63,956 nt of DNA, filler included, from Olpidium bornovanus S191 (GCA_017911155.1; 28 parts of 28 records of this genome joined end to end with filler, not necessarily neighbours in it); one strand, 5' to 3'. Counted from the whole stretch's first letter, positions 35,131 through 48,613 are shown. Translations and numbers: made by a program. Notes: a model not told the origin generated them from the sequence alone.

Positions 35131-36104
35131 CATGCAGCTATCCGCTATAGGCCGAACCCCGGGCTTCAGTTTTCTGTAGAAAAAGCTGCCCAGGTTGGGG
35201 TAATTTTTTAGGTTTGTGTCTTCCATTTCCTCGAGGTTGCACCCGAATATCCAGGCGTAAAAGCGGAATCCGGGTTCGCGGAACCACATTGGCAGCGTGA
35301 TGTCGTTGAACCATCCCCACAACCTGGAAAACTGCTTCAACGGCAGCGCGCTCGCAATGTGGACCTTGGCGGTGCAGACACGGCACACATATCAGGAATA
35401 CAGCCCAAGCAAATGAAAAGAGCGTCGTACGCAGCAGACGAACAAACACGCAAACTTCACGCCGTGGAGCGCCAGGCGAGTGGAATCTTTCCGCTGACCG
35501 TGCTGACGAATTACCTGCCATGGCCCCGAGGGCCGAAGGTCGTGCTTCTCGTCCTCCGGCAAGTGGTGCAGGCATCTCTCGGCTGGCCGATTACGCAGGT
35601 GCAAATACTGCTGCGCCCCCACGACAGCAAGGCCTAGTCCCACAGGGATCGGGTACCATTTGACTGGCGATTCGTTCCAAGCTTTCCGCAAACGAGCTTT
35701 GACGGGTTGTCCGACAGCGTGTCGCATACAGGTTGTGCCGCAATGAGCGAGGTGCGGTACACAGGTACACGCTCGGCAACGCCAGGCGAAACATACAACG
35801 TACAGGAGAAGCGGGGTTTGGACTTCCCGTCGTCCTTTGAAGTGTCGGAGGACGTCTTCACGTCGTCGAAAAGCGGTGTCTCGTCCGGACGCGAACCGTC
35901 CGGCGGCGCTTGCCTCCACCGTATTGCCGACGTGTGGAAAGGCTCGCGTACTCGGACCAGGACCGCGGCCGACGCGGCGGGGGCGGGGGCCGGCAACGAG
36001 AGGGCCGTGCGTGCCGACACGGCAGCTAGCGGCGGCGTCGGTCTCACGATCTCGCCCGGGCACCTGCGGCAGCCGGCCCAGGCAAACCCCGTGGCGAGCA
36101 GCAT
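35131..36104 (-). CDS. PSD1: Mitochondrial phosphatidylserine decarboxylase, 5' part
   Basis: Presequence, then RLRKAWNESPVKWYPIPVGLG, SGPWQVHIASALPLKQFSRLWG...GCNLEEM...YPNLGSFFYRKLKPGVRPI. Confidence 0.93.
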
Positions 36105-36753
36105 GGCGGCCGTCGGCTCGTACTGTGCGGCGTCGTTGAGAGGCGCTGGACCGCAGGCAGGCAGTCGGTGTCGTCTCTGTCCTTGTTCGGCGCTTTTTCC
36201 CTCCCGCCACCGCCTCCCCCCCCCCCCCCCCCCNNNNNNNNNNNNNNNNNNNNNNNNNNNNNNNNNNNNNNNNNNNNTTAATTAATTAANNNNNNNNNNN
36301 NNNNNNNNNNNNNNNNNNNNNNNNNNNNNNNNNAACAGAGACTTTCCTCCAAGCTCGTGAAATTGCTTTGACACCTGAATATTAGCGATTGAGATGATGG
36401 CGCATATGAAGCCCGTGATAATGTGGATATCTGGGATCCAATAAGCAACGCATGATAATGTCCATGTCTGGTGTTTGTATTATGGGTAGCCGGCGTTGAA
36501 GCAGACTCGACTGTCATCGAACCCTGGAAGATAATGTTGCGGACAAACGGCAAAAAGCTGAGCTATAAAGTGTAGACGTCGGATTCTGGTGTCGGACGGA
36601 TCATTGCCTGCGTATCCGCGTCTGTTAACCTGACGCTCCTGGGAGTCGCGCGCCGAGAGCATAGCGAACAAGTGTCCAAAGACCAAACCCATAGCGGTTT
36701 GCGGACTGGAATCAGGTCTCGCGGTCGGGCGATCGACGTCTCCTGTCGGCATT

Positions 36754-37572
36754 GTGTTGTGGCGGACGTGCTGCTGGGCCCGGTGTGCGGCGGGCGGGGG
36801 TGCGCCACGCGGGGGGACCAGCGCCTCTGTGCCAGCCAGCTGCTCGGGCGGCACCCAACGCAGCAGCGGACGCGGCAGCAGCAGTCCCTTTTTGCGCGGG
36901 GCGGGGCGCGTTACCGCTTGGTCTGCGGCCAGCACCGCGCATTCCGCTCGGCAGGCTTCCCAACACGGGCCGCCGGTTTCGGCACAGAGAGCCGGTTCGT
37001 TCTCGTCCGGAAGATCGGAGCTGCGACTAGGCCGAGAACGCGCAAGATCGGTTCGTCGGCGAGGGAAGACGGAAAGTGTCAGGGAACTCGCGAGCATGTG
37101 CACCGGCCGCCAAGGATCGACGCCTGCTCGGGAAGGGGCGTCCACGCGGGCTTTTCTAGGTGCAGCCAACGGCGCAAGTCTCCGCAGACTGCCAGCCGTG
37201 ACGGGATCGACACCAAAATCGATTTCTACTGTGCCGCTGAAGGGAAACTTGCCCTGCCAGACGCCGCCGACGTCCGTCGCCCAAACACTCTCCGAACAGT
37301 CGCCCAATACGGCAAACCGCCCGGCATGCCCGCTTCTGTCCGCGGCGGGGGACGGGCCGGCGATCGCAACGCGCAATTTGGGGATGGGACCGGCGAGATC
37401 TGATCCTTCCTATTTCGACGTCCCGCCGAGCTCCAGTCCCACCATGGGCAGGTCATACGGGCCGGGGATCTCGCAAGATACAAAGGAGCTGAAGAACGCT
37501 CTCCTCCACTTTATCGTCACTTTTCTAGGATTCAGCACTCTGTTCGTTCTATACCTAAATATCGTCCTGTGA
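36754..37572 (+). CDS. Possible C-terminus of a tail-anchored membrane protein
   Basis: Ser/Thr/Pro-rich frame ending in LLHFIVTFLGFSTLFVLYLNIVL*. The 5' structure is unresolved. Confidence 0.35.
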   Translation: MLWRTCCWARCAAGGGAPRGGTSASVPASCSGGTQRSSGRGSSSPFLRGAGRVTAWSAASTAHSARQASQHGPPVSAQRAGSFSSGRSELRLGRERARSVRRRGKTESVRELASMCTGRQGSTPAREGASTRAFLGAANGASLRRLPAVTGSTPKSISTVPLKGNLPCQTPPTSVAQTLSEQSPNTANRPACPLLSAAGDGPAIATRNLGMGPARSDPSYFDVPPSSSPTMGRSYGPGISQDTKELKNALLHFIVTFLGFSTLFVLYLNIVL

Positions 37573-37949
37573 GCCTTTATCCCACCCGGGGTCAATGGTA
37601 ATTGCATTGACGGTCAATGCATGCCTTAACCGTTCACCCTCCAAATGCAGTTTAAGGCCTTACCTTTCGCCGTTATTTTGGGCGGCCGCTCTTTCAGTAC
37701 CCCTGGTATGTCGCGTGGTTTCAATCATGTTTTCCTCTTTCAGTCTGATGAGCCATACTATACAACTCGTTTCCACTCTTAGCATTCGCTTAAATCGTCG
37801 TTACTGGTGGTGGTACGTCGGGGTCTGGAGAACCGAGGGGGCTCCATCGTAAAGGGTTTGTTACTGCCAGTACGGTTTTTTATCAAGGTGTGTCGGCACA
37901 TTTTTTGGCAAATTCGGTGGTGTATAAACGTCGCTGAAGCGTTTCGAAT

Positions 37950-38437
37950 GCCGCCGTGTTCTCATATGGTTTTCGTTGAAACGGTGCAGCTACTTTTGGG
38001 TCGCCGCGCAACGAGACTTTTGGCCAAAGGTTACCGACGATACGGCGAACTCGTGTCGAAGATCTCCGGTCGGCGGAGAGCCGATCACGCTATCACAGTT
38101 GATGCGGAACGCTCGTCCTATTCTTCCATATCTTCGTCTAGCAGCGAAATGTCATCTCCTGAAGCGTCGCCGCGCCTCGCTTTCTCGGGGAAATGCTCGA
38201 CAGCGGAGCGCAAGAGAGCACCACTCAGTTTCACCAAGTCTGCGCCGAACTTGTCGTCGGTCGACACTGGGAAAGCTCGCACGTTGGCGAGGATGTGCAG
38301 GAACGACAACACGACGGCACCAGCGCCTTCCCGGCTCCGGAGGAAACGGCCCTCTGGAGTAGCCGGGTCTGTCGCGGATCTGGGATCGATTTCCGAGGAT
38401 CTCGCCCGATCGTACTCGGAAAACGATCGGGCCCAGG
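37950..38437 (+). CDS. Unidentified Ser-rich coding fragment
   Basis: Open frame running to the contig end (...SSSSSEMSSPEASPRL...SFTKSAPNLSSVD...). No family recognised. Confidence 0.3.
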
Positions 38438-38537
38438 NNNNNNNNNNNNNNNNNNNNNNNNNNNNNNNNNNNNNNNNNNNNTTAATTAATTAANNNNNNN
38501 NNNNNNNNNNNNNNNNNNNNNNNNNNNNNNNNNNNNN

Positions 38538-39082
38538 CATGTCATATCTCACGCGGTTTCTCCGGTACCTGCACGGGAACCGTCTCGCACAGTTTGCAGT
38601 TCCGCCGCAACTTGAACTCGCAGGCCCGCATCTTCACATAGCACGATGCCCTCGCCCTGGGAGCTTTTGTTGATGCGGACTGGGCGGACGACACCGACGA
38701 CCGCAAGAGTCAGACCGGCCTCATTTTCCTCCTCGCCAGAGCGGCGACGCTTTACCGCAGTTGAAGCTGAGTATATCGCGTTGTCCGAGATTGCTCGCGA
38801 GACCCTCTGGCGTTGCCGTCTTCTTTCTGAATTAGGCTACGACAGTGCGCGCGATTCCCAATCCTCACGGATAACACTGGCGCGGAGCAGCTTGCCAATG
38901 TTACGAACAGCTCTTTGCACACAAGCACATCGACGTCCAATGATGCTTTGCACGTCAAGCTGTCGCAGATGGCGAGGTTTGACCGCGTGCCATCAGAGTT
39001 CAACCTCGGCAACGCTCTCACCAAGGGCTTGGGCAAGAATCGCTTCAAGGTTTGCCGTGAGGAAATGGGCGTATCCCTATAG
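38538..39082 (+). mobile_element. Degenerate Ty1/copia pol 3' end (RT end + RNase H)
   Basis: Across frameshifts: AFVDADWADDTDDRKSQTGLIF, VEAEYIALSEIARETLW, ILTDNTGAEQLAN, KHIDV, SEFNLGNALTKGLGKNRF...MG*. Confidence 0.93.
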
Positions 39083-39542
39083 ATTATACTGCCGCGGAAA
39101 ATTGAGCGGCACCACAATTCCGATTACCATGGTGCACAGACTTTCTTGTATGGACACTTCTTCCGAGAGAGTGACTTGGAGCGTACGTACTTGATCCTTT
39201 ACCCCTCCGGCAACCCACGTAAAACCAAAATAAAAGAACCAGCGGAGCGGGAGGCGGGAGAGACTGTCCCTGTCCCAAGTCCTCCCTTTATTCCTTCCGT
39301 TTCCAGCTTGGCTCCGCCCCTCAAAATGATAGGTAGATCGGAGCAGCAGAATAAGTTGGCCTCCCGTTTTCGCTCCGCCGTTGCCGTCGCCTCAAGGTCG
39401 AGGAGGCTGCCGTCCACCGTGAATCCCAGTTTGCGGCGAATGAAAAAGCACTCGAACTAGGGTGAAAAAGTCGGCCCAAAACGAGCGTGATTAGAAGAGA
39501 AAAACGGGGTTCGACGAGAAACTCCGGACGGGAACTCTCTAC

Positions 39543-39790
39543 CGCCGTCTTCTGGGTCACAACTTGCTTGCGTTCCTTGTGAATCAGCACGAAGCCCCTG
39601 CCGAGCTTGTTTGCAATCGTCGTTGATCTGCCGTAGTTGACGGGATTTTAGTTGCGGAAGCTCAACAAAAGTTTCCTGTGTTTGCTTCTCACGTACCTGT
39701 CCGACCGATATTCATTTTTCAAGATAACAACCGTACCCACGTGAACCGCATGAGCATTATTCGGTTCCAATTTAGGGTAGACATCGCAGC
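39543..39790 (-). CDS. Divergent PRPP synthetase-like exons
   Basis: Spliced (AG|gtacgt...cag|A) reading VVILKNEYRSDRSTTIANKLGRGFVLIHKERK aligns without gaps to the PRS consensus VIVSPDAGGAKRxTSIADRLxxDFALIHKERK. Confidence 0.5.
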
Positions 39791-40247
39791 TCGGTGACTT
39801 CCAACACTGAAACCGACTTACCAATAATCAGCATGGTGGGGGACGTGAGCGGGGGATAGGACTTCGCAGGCATCACGGGAAGAGTGACGCCGCAGTGTCG
39901 CCTGGTGTCCAGGTGATCAGCGTTCCCGGAGGTACTTGGATAAAGTGCAATAATCAAAATAGTATTACAACGCTAGACAAATAATGGTGCTTCTGCAACG
40001 CCAACGATCGCGACAAGGCTTCCGCATCGCAGAAGCGCGGGAAGTGACTTTCTTTGGGGAGCGGCGGATGACGCGGTGCGTGTCCGGTGTGTGTGTGTGT
40101 GTGTGTGTGTGTTGGACGGGTGCGGGAAACGGGGAGGGCGGGGGAGGCACCTGCGCCCCAGCCGAGACAGCCAAACCGCCGCCGGCAATAACCAGCCCGC
40201 AGCCGCCGACCCAAGCAACCGAACAAGGCCGGAGCGTTCGGAGCACC

Positions 40248-41529
40248 ATGGTGCGGTCCGCCGCCGCCGCCGCCGCCGCCCCCTACGTCTATTCGTCCCT
40301 GCGGCCGCGGTGCGGGGAGCGAACTGGAGTCGCCGCCGCCGCCGCCGCCTCCACCACCACGACGACGACGACGACCTGCAAGCGGGCGCGTTTTCTTCTC
40401 CAGCGCCAGCAACATCTCCACCACCCGCACTTCCAGCAGGCGCGGCGGCAGTATTGCACGCTTTGGCGAGATGGCCAGCAACTCCGATCTTCCCAGGTTT
40501 TGACGCCGGCTTCGCCTTGGTCGCCGTTCATTGCGCCCCCACGATTTGCCGCGAAGACGACAAAGTTCGGGTATATCAGGACGTATGCAACGGAGCAGGT
40601 GAGAACGTTTCGCAGGTTGTAAAACCGAACGCGTGTCGTCGTTACGGCAACAGCCCCCGCGTATCTACAGCGGACGCGGCTCCCTGCCTTGGTTTGCCGA
40701 CAGTCGCCTCGCCGCACGTTCGTTGCCGAATAGCAACGGGAAGGCATTGTTCGGAAGGGCGTATTCTCGCACACGCGGCCCGCGCCCGCACCCTCCCCTC
40801 CCCCCCTCCCCTTCCTTGCTAATCGTGCCCCTCGAATTTTTGCACCTCAACCTCTTCTCGGTCAAACAACAAACCGGGCAACGCAAGATCCACGCGAGCG
40901 AAAGTCGGCCAAAACCGGTTGCGACGCCGCCTGGCGCCGAAATTCCCGGAACCGGCGCGGGCAAGCCGCAGGTACAACCTCTGGACAAAGAAACTCTCTA
41001 CAGCATGCTGGTTTCGCAAAGTCGGGGAGGCGTGTCGCCCTTCCTGGCGCGGTCTACTTTACCGGCGTCCGATGCCACCACGACCCTGAAACCCTCGACC
41101 ACCTCGGCGCTGTGGGAATCGCGCCCGTCAGTCGTTCCCGGGAGACGTACGAAGTGCGAGCACCCGTCGAACCCGGAGACGTACACGGTCACGATCCGCG
41201 TGCGACAGCGCAACACCTTCATGTCCCTCAACTGCCCCGTTGGAAAGCAGATCTTTTCCGCGTCGCTGGGCCACCTTGGATACCGGCATACCAAAAAGCG
41301 CGGCTACGAGCCCTCGTACCAGCTCGGGGTGCACTTCGCCCAGAAGATAGAAAGCGGGCGTCTTCCCGTCCGTCTTGTCGAGATCTGTTTACTGGGCTTC
41401 GGAGCCGGCCGCGACGCTGCCGTCCGCGGCTTCATGTCCGCTACCAGGCGTCAGGTCATACGCCTCACAGATAGGTCCTGGGTGAACTGGTCTGAAACCC
41501 CTCGCCCGCGGTGCCGCCCTAGGAAGTAG
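40248..41529 (+). CDS. MRPS11: Mitochondrial ribosomal protein uS11m
   Basis: Presequence exon, then IRVRQRNTFMSL...IFSASLGHLGYRHTKKRGYEPSYQL...GFGAGRDAAVRGF...IRLTDRS...RCRPRK*. Confidence 0.8.
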
Positions 41530-42640
41530 GCGCCGAAAATGCGCGCGGGAGATTTGCAACCAATTTGCGTCCTGGCGAGTTCAATTTCTGACGACTAGTA
41601 AGCAAACGGGATGATAGTTTTCGAGAGGGATATTCGGAGACGCGTACTAGGTGTGTGGCGCGCGGTACGGTACGAGTACAGGTGTGCGGGGAGGGGAGTG
41701 ACTGACAGCTGCGACGGGCGTATCCAACGATCAACACGGGATGTCCCTTTAAACGTTTCTGTTGGAAGTGAGAGCCTTGCAGAACCGGAGGTGGCTGCAG
41801 CCTCAGCGATTGTGCGACGATACACAAAAACTGGCAATTTCCATTTAACCGCAATACACGCACACATGTTGTCCTGGTGCCCTTGCGGAATCAATTGCCG
41901 CTTTTAACCGGGGGGGGGGTTTTGTGTGTGTGTGTGAGNNNNNNNNNNNNNNNNNNNNNNNNNNNNNNNNNNNNNNNNNNNNTTAATTAATTAANNNNNN
42001 NNNNNNNNNNNNNNNNNNNNNNNNNNNNNNNNNNNNNNCAACGTTTGGCGCGGCCGAAGAGATTTTCCAAGTGCAATCAATTTTTCGGCGACAGTTGTTG
42101 GTTTTGTACAGGTTGATTCGTCAAACGCCAATTATTTTCGTCAACCTTTTCGGCTCATGAAAAATCGCCGCGTTTCCACTATTTCGCCTCCCGTTGTGTT
42201 TGTACCCACAGCAAGAGAGAGAAAGGTATAAAGGGAGAAGAAGAAGGGCCCCCCAAGGGAGGGGGGCCGACCGGAGGCGAATCAAATTAACAACAACCGG
42301 GCAAGAAAAATAATCAAAGACATGCATGCCGGGGGTAAGAAATGACCGGTGCGCGATGAGGACAACAGATACGCAAATGTGAAGATGGGCGGATGTTGAA
42401 ACTTAAACCGCGACAGGAAAAAAAAGGGGTCTCTCAACTCGTAACGAGCGCAAGATCGAGACGGGCGGCGGGCGGATGATGGGTGCAAAAGGAAAAAAAG
42501 AAAAAAAAGTATGGAAAATTGACATAAATGACAAGCACGTGAATCCGCAGGTTTGGCGGTTATTTGCCATACGCAGAGAAAAAAATCCACTTTTGACGGA
42601 TAGATTTCCACGTGAAAAACAAAAGCTGAACTGTAAAATG

Positions 42641-43110
42641 TCACGCGCCGTTGTCGTCGAACGCATCGCACCAACCTGGAGGCAGAAGAGGGTGAAAAAA
42701 AATAAACGCGTGAACTCCGTTCCAGTAACCGCAAAGTCACAGCCAACAGCGCAAGCGAAAGTCGACGCACCGTGCACGGGCAGGCAGCTCAGGTACCTGC
42801 ACCACGAGCACGAGTCCGAAGGGTTTTCTGACCGGTAGAAATTTTTAACGGCCAGGGCGTACAAAGTCACCAGCAGCGGAACTGCCACGACCACGGCGCC
42901 GATTTTGAGCCGCCGGTCCCACTTGCCGAAGTGGATCCGCGGTAGAAAGATCAGGCCCGAAATAAAGCCACCGAGGAAACCGCCGATGTGCGCGAAGTTG
43001 TCAAAACCGGGAAGCAGGCCCAGGACGAAGGAAAAGGCAATCATGAGGAGCATCTTCGCGAGCTCCCAAACGGGCCGCGAAATGAGCTTCCAGTTCTGGA
43101 GGAGGTCAAG
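42641..43110 (-). CDS. Rhomboid protease, C-terminal exons
   Basis: LDLLQNWKL...LGLLPGFDNFAHIGGFLGG...CSWCRYLSCLP...WCD*, with the catalytic His in AHIGG. Confidence 0.9.
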
Positions 43111-43261
43111 CTACAAGAGAAATCGGCAGAATTTGAGACTTGGCGACAGAATAAACATACGNNNNNNNNNNNNNNNNNNNNNNNNNNNNNNNNNNNNNNN
43201 NNNNNTTAATTAATTAANNNNNNNNNNNNNNNNNNNNNNNNNNNNNNNNNNNNNNNNNNNN

Positions 43262-44446
43262 AAGACTGAATGAAGGGAGCATTTTTGGGGTCCTTGAGAA
43301 GCATTTGCTTTGCGGTGTCGTACCTGAGAGAGCGCACGGTTTAGTACACAAAATCCGGAATTCACTTGCGAACCCGGCATGCAACAAACAGAAGAAGCAC
43401 TAACCCGCCGAAAAACGAGGCACGGTACACGATGATACCTCCAACGGAGACGCCGAAGCCGCGATACAGGCCGCGCATGCCGTCAGTCTTGTAGATCGTG
43501 CTGGTTTGATTCGGAGGCAATCAGTTGTTTGTGAAAAAGTACGCATCGAGGGCGGGCTAGGACGCAGTGAAGTTGAAGTCGAAAGCGTACGTGATACAGT
43601 TGCCGAGGCCAGTGTACTGGCGTGTGGTGCCCTTCCCAACGTCGGCGGCCAGACGGGTACGAGCGAAGTCGAGAGGGGAGACAAAAAGCAGAGACGTCGC
43701 TCCAGCGGCACCGCCAGACGCCAGGTTTCCAGCAAAGAACTGGGACGGGGGGTAACGAACACATAAGCAACCGTTATCAAGGACGCCGAGATACTTCGGA
43801 TCAACCGGATGTGAAAACATACCTTCCAGAAGTCGGTCTGGGCCAGAAATGATTCGACGTTTTATAAAGGAAAGGACGAAGCAGCACAAATAAGCCGGCA
43901 GAACATTGGACATCCGATGTGTACATTAAGCAACGCGCGAGGCGACAGACCTTCGGGTTGTGACGGACGAAAATCTTCTTGTACTTGTCCTTAAATGCAA
44001 AGTTCAAGGCCTGGGTGGGGAAATAACGGATGATATTCGCGGTGTTTCCACGCCTGGACAACGCGGTGAGCGCAGCAGCCGTTGAAATTTCAGATATCTA
44101 GAGTTGACGGAGGCTTTCAACAACCGTACTAAAAACCCTCGCATTTGAACTCACCACAGCGAAAGAACGCCTTGTTCCTGCGGAATGCGTCTGAAAGCGT
44201 CGACGATTCCCTTGTACTGCTTGTCCTTGCTGATCTGCGAGGACGCATCTTGAACCTGGGTAAAAAAAATTTTTGTTCAGTAAAACTCAGAAGTGAAGTC
44301 GGTTGAGTGATCTCAAACGTCCGAAGTGCCGGGGCAGGCGCACCTGCAAAAGGAGCTTGACACGCTCAATCGGGGCGACAACAGTCTTGGAAACACCACC
44401 GGACACACCGCCGGCCAGGAGGTCGATCACAAACGAGGTGAAAGGA
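43262..44446 (-). CDS. AAC: ADP/ATP carrier, partial, multi-exon
   Basis: [106 protein letters not shown]...YDTAK. Start exon not located. Confidence 0.96.
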
Positions 44447-46129
44447 CTTTACGGCGGATACCCGAGAATGACAACAACAAAATAAAAAATCGCTTCAGCG
44501 GGAGACAACAAAACAACGGGGTCGGCTCGACGAAAACGATCTCGAGCTTGGGGTACGCAGCGCTTCCAAACAAAAAAAGCGCGGGCGGACGGCCGCTTTC
44601 CTTGACAAGAAAGCCGGCGGTGCGAAACACTGATAACCGGCACCTCCTGCCTCCACCACAACCATAACCACACACGGCGACAACAAAACGAAGCCGGCAG
44701 CACCCCCCACCTCCACCCGCACCTCCACCCCCCAATCCCCCTTCGCCCTGGCTGTTTGTGCAGGGGCGCCCGGCGACGGTTTTTTTCTCCGGACTCACTC
44801 GCGGGTTTGCTGCTGGGAGGCTGCCATCGTGCGAAGTGCTTATCGGGGCGCGGCCAGAGAGTGATGTTGGAAGGCGGGAGAGCGGACGAGACGGGGGACA
44901 GCGGGTGGGGCGAGGGCGAGGCGAGAGCAGCGCGCGTGTGTTGGTTTTGTTGTTGAGCAGCGGGAGAGGCGTGTGTGTGTGCGGGGGGCGGGGGGAGCGG
45001 GGGAGCGAGGGGAGCGGGGGATTTTCCGGGAAGGAGCTGCAAAAAATAAAAAATTTCCGCCAGTTCCCAGCCCGCCCTGTCACGTTTGGTCCACTGCTTC
45101 GGTGGGAGTCGCGACCGCATCTCCGTATTCCACGCCGGAGCGGAAGAAAATGCCGGAAAACGAAAGAGCGGGCAGCTTGGTGTTCTCGGCATCGTCGGCC
45201 CTCTGCGATCATGGTTGAAAATTGGAATACTTTGCTTAGCACTGTTATTGAGGTGCAAATAGTATTTATGATAAATGTGTGAATTCGAGGATGGGGGTAA
45301 CTGCAAGACGTCAGCTTCACTATTCACGCGAGGTCACCGATATACCACCGAATATCAAAAAAGCGAGTTATGCCTGTCTCTAAGCAATACGCTAATGTGC
45401 CGCAGATTACGCTAAATTCAACGAGCATTTTTTTCATTGGCGCGCAGTGGTGTGGCGAAGAACAAAGCATCAATCGCAACATCCACTACAGCATCGATTG
45501 CGTCGCCAGATCCAGCAAGGGGCTGTGGCCTTGCTGTTAACTTTCCAAAGGCCGTCAAGAGTTTGCGAGCAAATATGGGAGCAAAACTGCTGACACAACA
45601 ACCAGCTGACCACACCCGGGACAAAGTGCTTGCGGGGTGTGGTGGCACTATTTCGGAAAGGTGGGAGGAGGGTGGGAGGTGTTGGGGAATCTCACGGAAC
45701 GCCTGAAAAAGAAAATGTTTGCGCGTACGATGGAGCTTATTGTCACCGCGCATTCTTTCCGTCCGCCTCCCTTCCGCATTCGTTTAAGCAAAGCGGTTTG
45801 GGGCCTCGGCACGAAAATCTCCCGGGAGTTGCTGAAAAGATGGCGTTTATTTCGCATTCGAATCTCCGGTCTGCTTTGATCGCAGGCGTTCTCTCTCGTT
45901 GTTTTTTTTTTCCAGTTGGCTTCAATCTCCCATCCCTCCCCTCCCCCGCCACCTACCCCCACCGGGCGCGCCACCATCCTCCTCCCGCAATCGTACCCCG
46001 CATCTGTCAGAAAAGCAGGGGCCAGGTGGGGCCGGCTTCCTTCCCCTCCAAAACCGGTCCAGGGTGTGAAAGTCGGCGAGACCGTGCTTTTTACGGAGGC
46101 TTTGCTCACGTGCACAAGTTAGGGACCCG

Positions 46130-48036
46130 ATGATCCGCTCCATCATCCCATTTGTCGCCGCTGTTGGGAAGCCGGCGTCGCTGCTGGCTCGCGCATCGCG
46201 TATTGGCATCCGGGCAGCAGGGACCGGTCTGGGCCGCGCTCGCTACTCGACAGATGAAACGGCTAACCTGGCCCCTTTCAGGGTTCGTCTTTTCCGCGCG
46301 TCGCGCGGAAACTGCCAAGCGGCCAGCGAACGTCGGGGCGGGAGGGCGGCATGTGAATTTTCTGTGTACTTGCGCACAATGACATGAGATTATCACGACG
46401 TCAGGCCTCCGGACTGGTCAAAAAGTTAACAAACAAGCCGCGGCCCCTCGTCCCAAACAAGGACCTGTTGTTCGGGAAGTACTTCTCTGACCACATGGTG
46501 ACCGCCGAATGGAGCGCGGACGTGGGCTGGGGTGTTCCCATGTTGAAGCCATACCAGAAAATCGAACTGGAACCCAGCGCGGTTGTCTTTCACTACGGGT
46601 TCGAGGTCGGACCAGGCCCCCGTGCGTGAATGTTTCCAACCCGGTTTGCTTGGTCCTCACACCGTAACGCGCCAAGCAGTGCTTTGAAGGCATGAAAGCG
46701 TACAAAGATAAAGCAGGAAATATCCGCCTTTTTCGCCCGGACATGAACATGGCCCGTATGAACCGGTCTGCAGCGAGGATAGCTTTGCCAGTACGAGTCG
46801 ATTTTCGTCCAAAATTGCGTTCGTTCGCCTCGGCGAAAACGTGCAGCGTATTCCCTCGGCATCGCTGACTCGCTCTGTTTGATGCGCCTTTGTACTGCGG
46901 TAGATGTTTGACGGCAAAGAACTGATCGAGTGCATCAAAGAGCTCGTCCGCACTGACTCGCGGTGGGTCCCCGCTGAGCGTGGGTACTCCCTGTACCTGC
47001 GTCCAACCCTCATTGGCACGCAGGAATCTCTGGGCGTGGGGCCGACCAACAGGGCCCTGCTATTTGTTATTGCGTGTCCTGTGGGACCCTATTACAAGAC
47101 TGGATTCGCGGCGGTCAGCCTGCTGGCCACCATCGCAAATGTGCGCGCGTGGCCGGGTGCGTTCGTCGAATACTAGTTTTCTTTCTTTGGAGTTCGCCTC
47201 GTGGTCGAGGTGAGGCGCACGAGGCTTTACTGCTAGATACTGCCCCGCAAGTTTCATTGATGGTTGCATTGTCCGCCCGCCGTGTTCCCTCGTTTGTTCT
47301 GTACTGACGCGTCCAGGCGGCACGGGCGATACGAAAATCGGCGGCAATTACGCTCCGTGCGTACGCCCTCAGGTGAACGCGATGGCCAAGGGATACCAAC
47401 AGAACCTCTGGTTGTTTGGACCAGAGCACGAAGTGACTGAGGTCGGGACGATGAACGCGTTCGTTTTCTGGACTAACAGGGACGGGCAGCGCGAGCTGGT
47501 CACCCCGCCATTGGACGGCTCTATTCTTCCCGGCATCACTCGGGATTCGATCCTCGCTTTGGCTAGGGAGTGGAACGAGTTTAAGGTGTCGGAGCGGAAA
47601 TTTACCATGAAGGATATAAAGGCTGCGGCTGCCGAAGGAAGGCTTATAGAAATGTTTGGTGCCGGGACCGCCTGTATTGTCAGTCCGATCAAGACGATTA
47701 ATTACCTCGGAGTGGTGAGATTTCGGGGCTTTTGGTTGCGCAGTTACCGTCTACGACTTTTGAGTCGTCGGTTGCATCACGTTTTTCATACGTTTCCGTT
47801 TTTTTCTCTCCTAAGGATATGTCTATTCCTCTCGATCCCAAGGACCCCAACAGCCAGGCAGGTCCCCTGGCGAAAAGATTCAATGACACGCTTCTGGGTA
47901 TACAGGTGCGCTGTTGTCCGCTGTCTTCGACAGGAGGCGAAGCGTGCATGCTTTTACAGCTTGACTGACGAAATATTTCACCTTGTATTGATAGTACGGG
48001 GAGATCCCTCATCTGTGGTCGGTGGTCATTGATTAA
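46130..48036 (+). CDS. BAT1: Branched-chain amino acid aminotransferase, mitochondrial, complete
   Basis: [118 protein letters not shown]. Confidence 0.96.
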
Positions 48037-48166
48037 ACCTGCGAACAAGCCGAAGTTTGTAACTACNNNNNNNNNNNNNNNNNNNNNNNNNNNNNNNNNN
48101 NNNNNNNNNNTTAATTAATTAANNNNNNNNNNNNNNNNNNNNNNNNNNNNNNNNNNNNNNNNNNNN

Positions 48167-48613
48167 CATGTCCAGATACAGATTGTCTACAGACAAAAAT
48201 GCCGCATAATTGTCAGCAACAAGGCACAGGTGAGAACACTCAGCCGTACTTCAGGCTCAAGGGGCTCGGCAAATTCGTACCGAATTCCGGGATCCGGTTG
48301 TCCATGATGAGTTGGCTGCAGAGCGGGTAACGCTCGCTTGCGAAATGAGATAGAGCGCGGAGACGCCAAACCAGTCAACAGCACGCAACAGAAAGTTCTC
48401 GGAGGAGCACGGCAGAGAAAAGCAACGCAGAGATCTTTTATTTTTTCCCTGGCATGATCTTGGGCTTCCCGGCAAGTCGTACTTGCATTCCAACAAACCC
48501 GCCAGTGAACTTTGGCAAAAAGCCACCAGCTGCTGCTGGAGCGGCCAAGGCGGCGCCAGCGGCAGACGCGCATTCCCTTACCTGATCCAGCGGAAGAACT
48601 TCGGGATACCCAT
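48167..48613 (-). CDS. XRN1: 5'-3' exoribonuclease 1, first three exons; absent from ORF track
   Basis: Spliced reading MGIPKFFRWIS|ERYPLCSQLIMDNRIPEF|DNLYLDM is the conserved XRN N-terminus. Confidence 0.93.
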
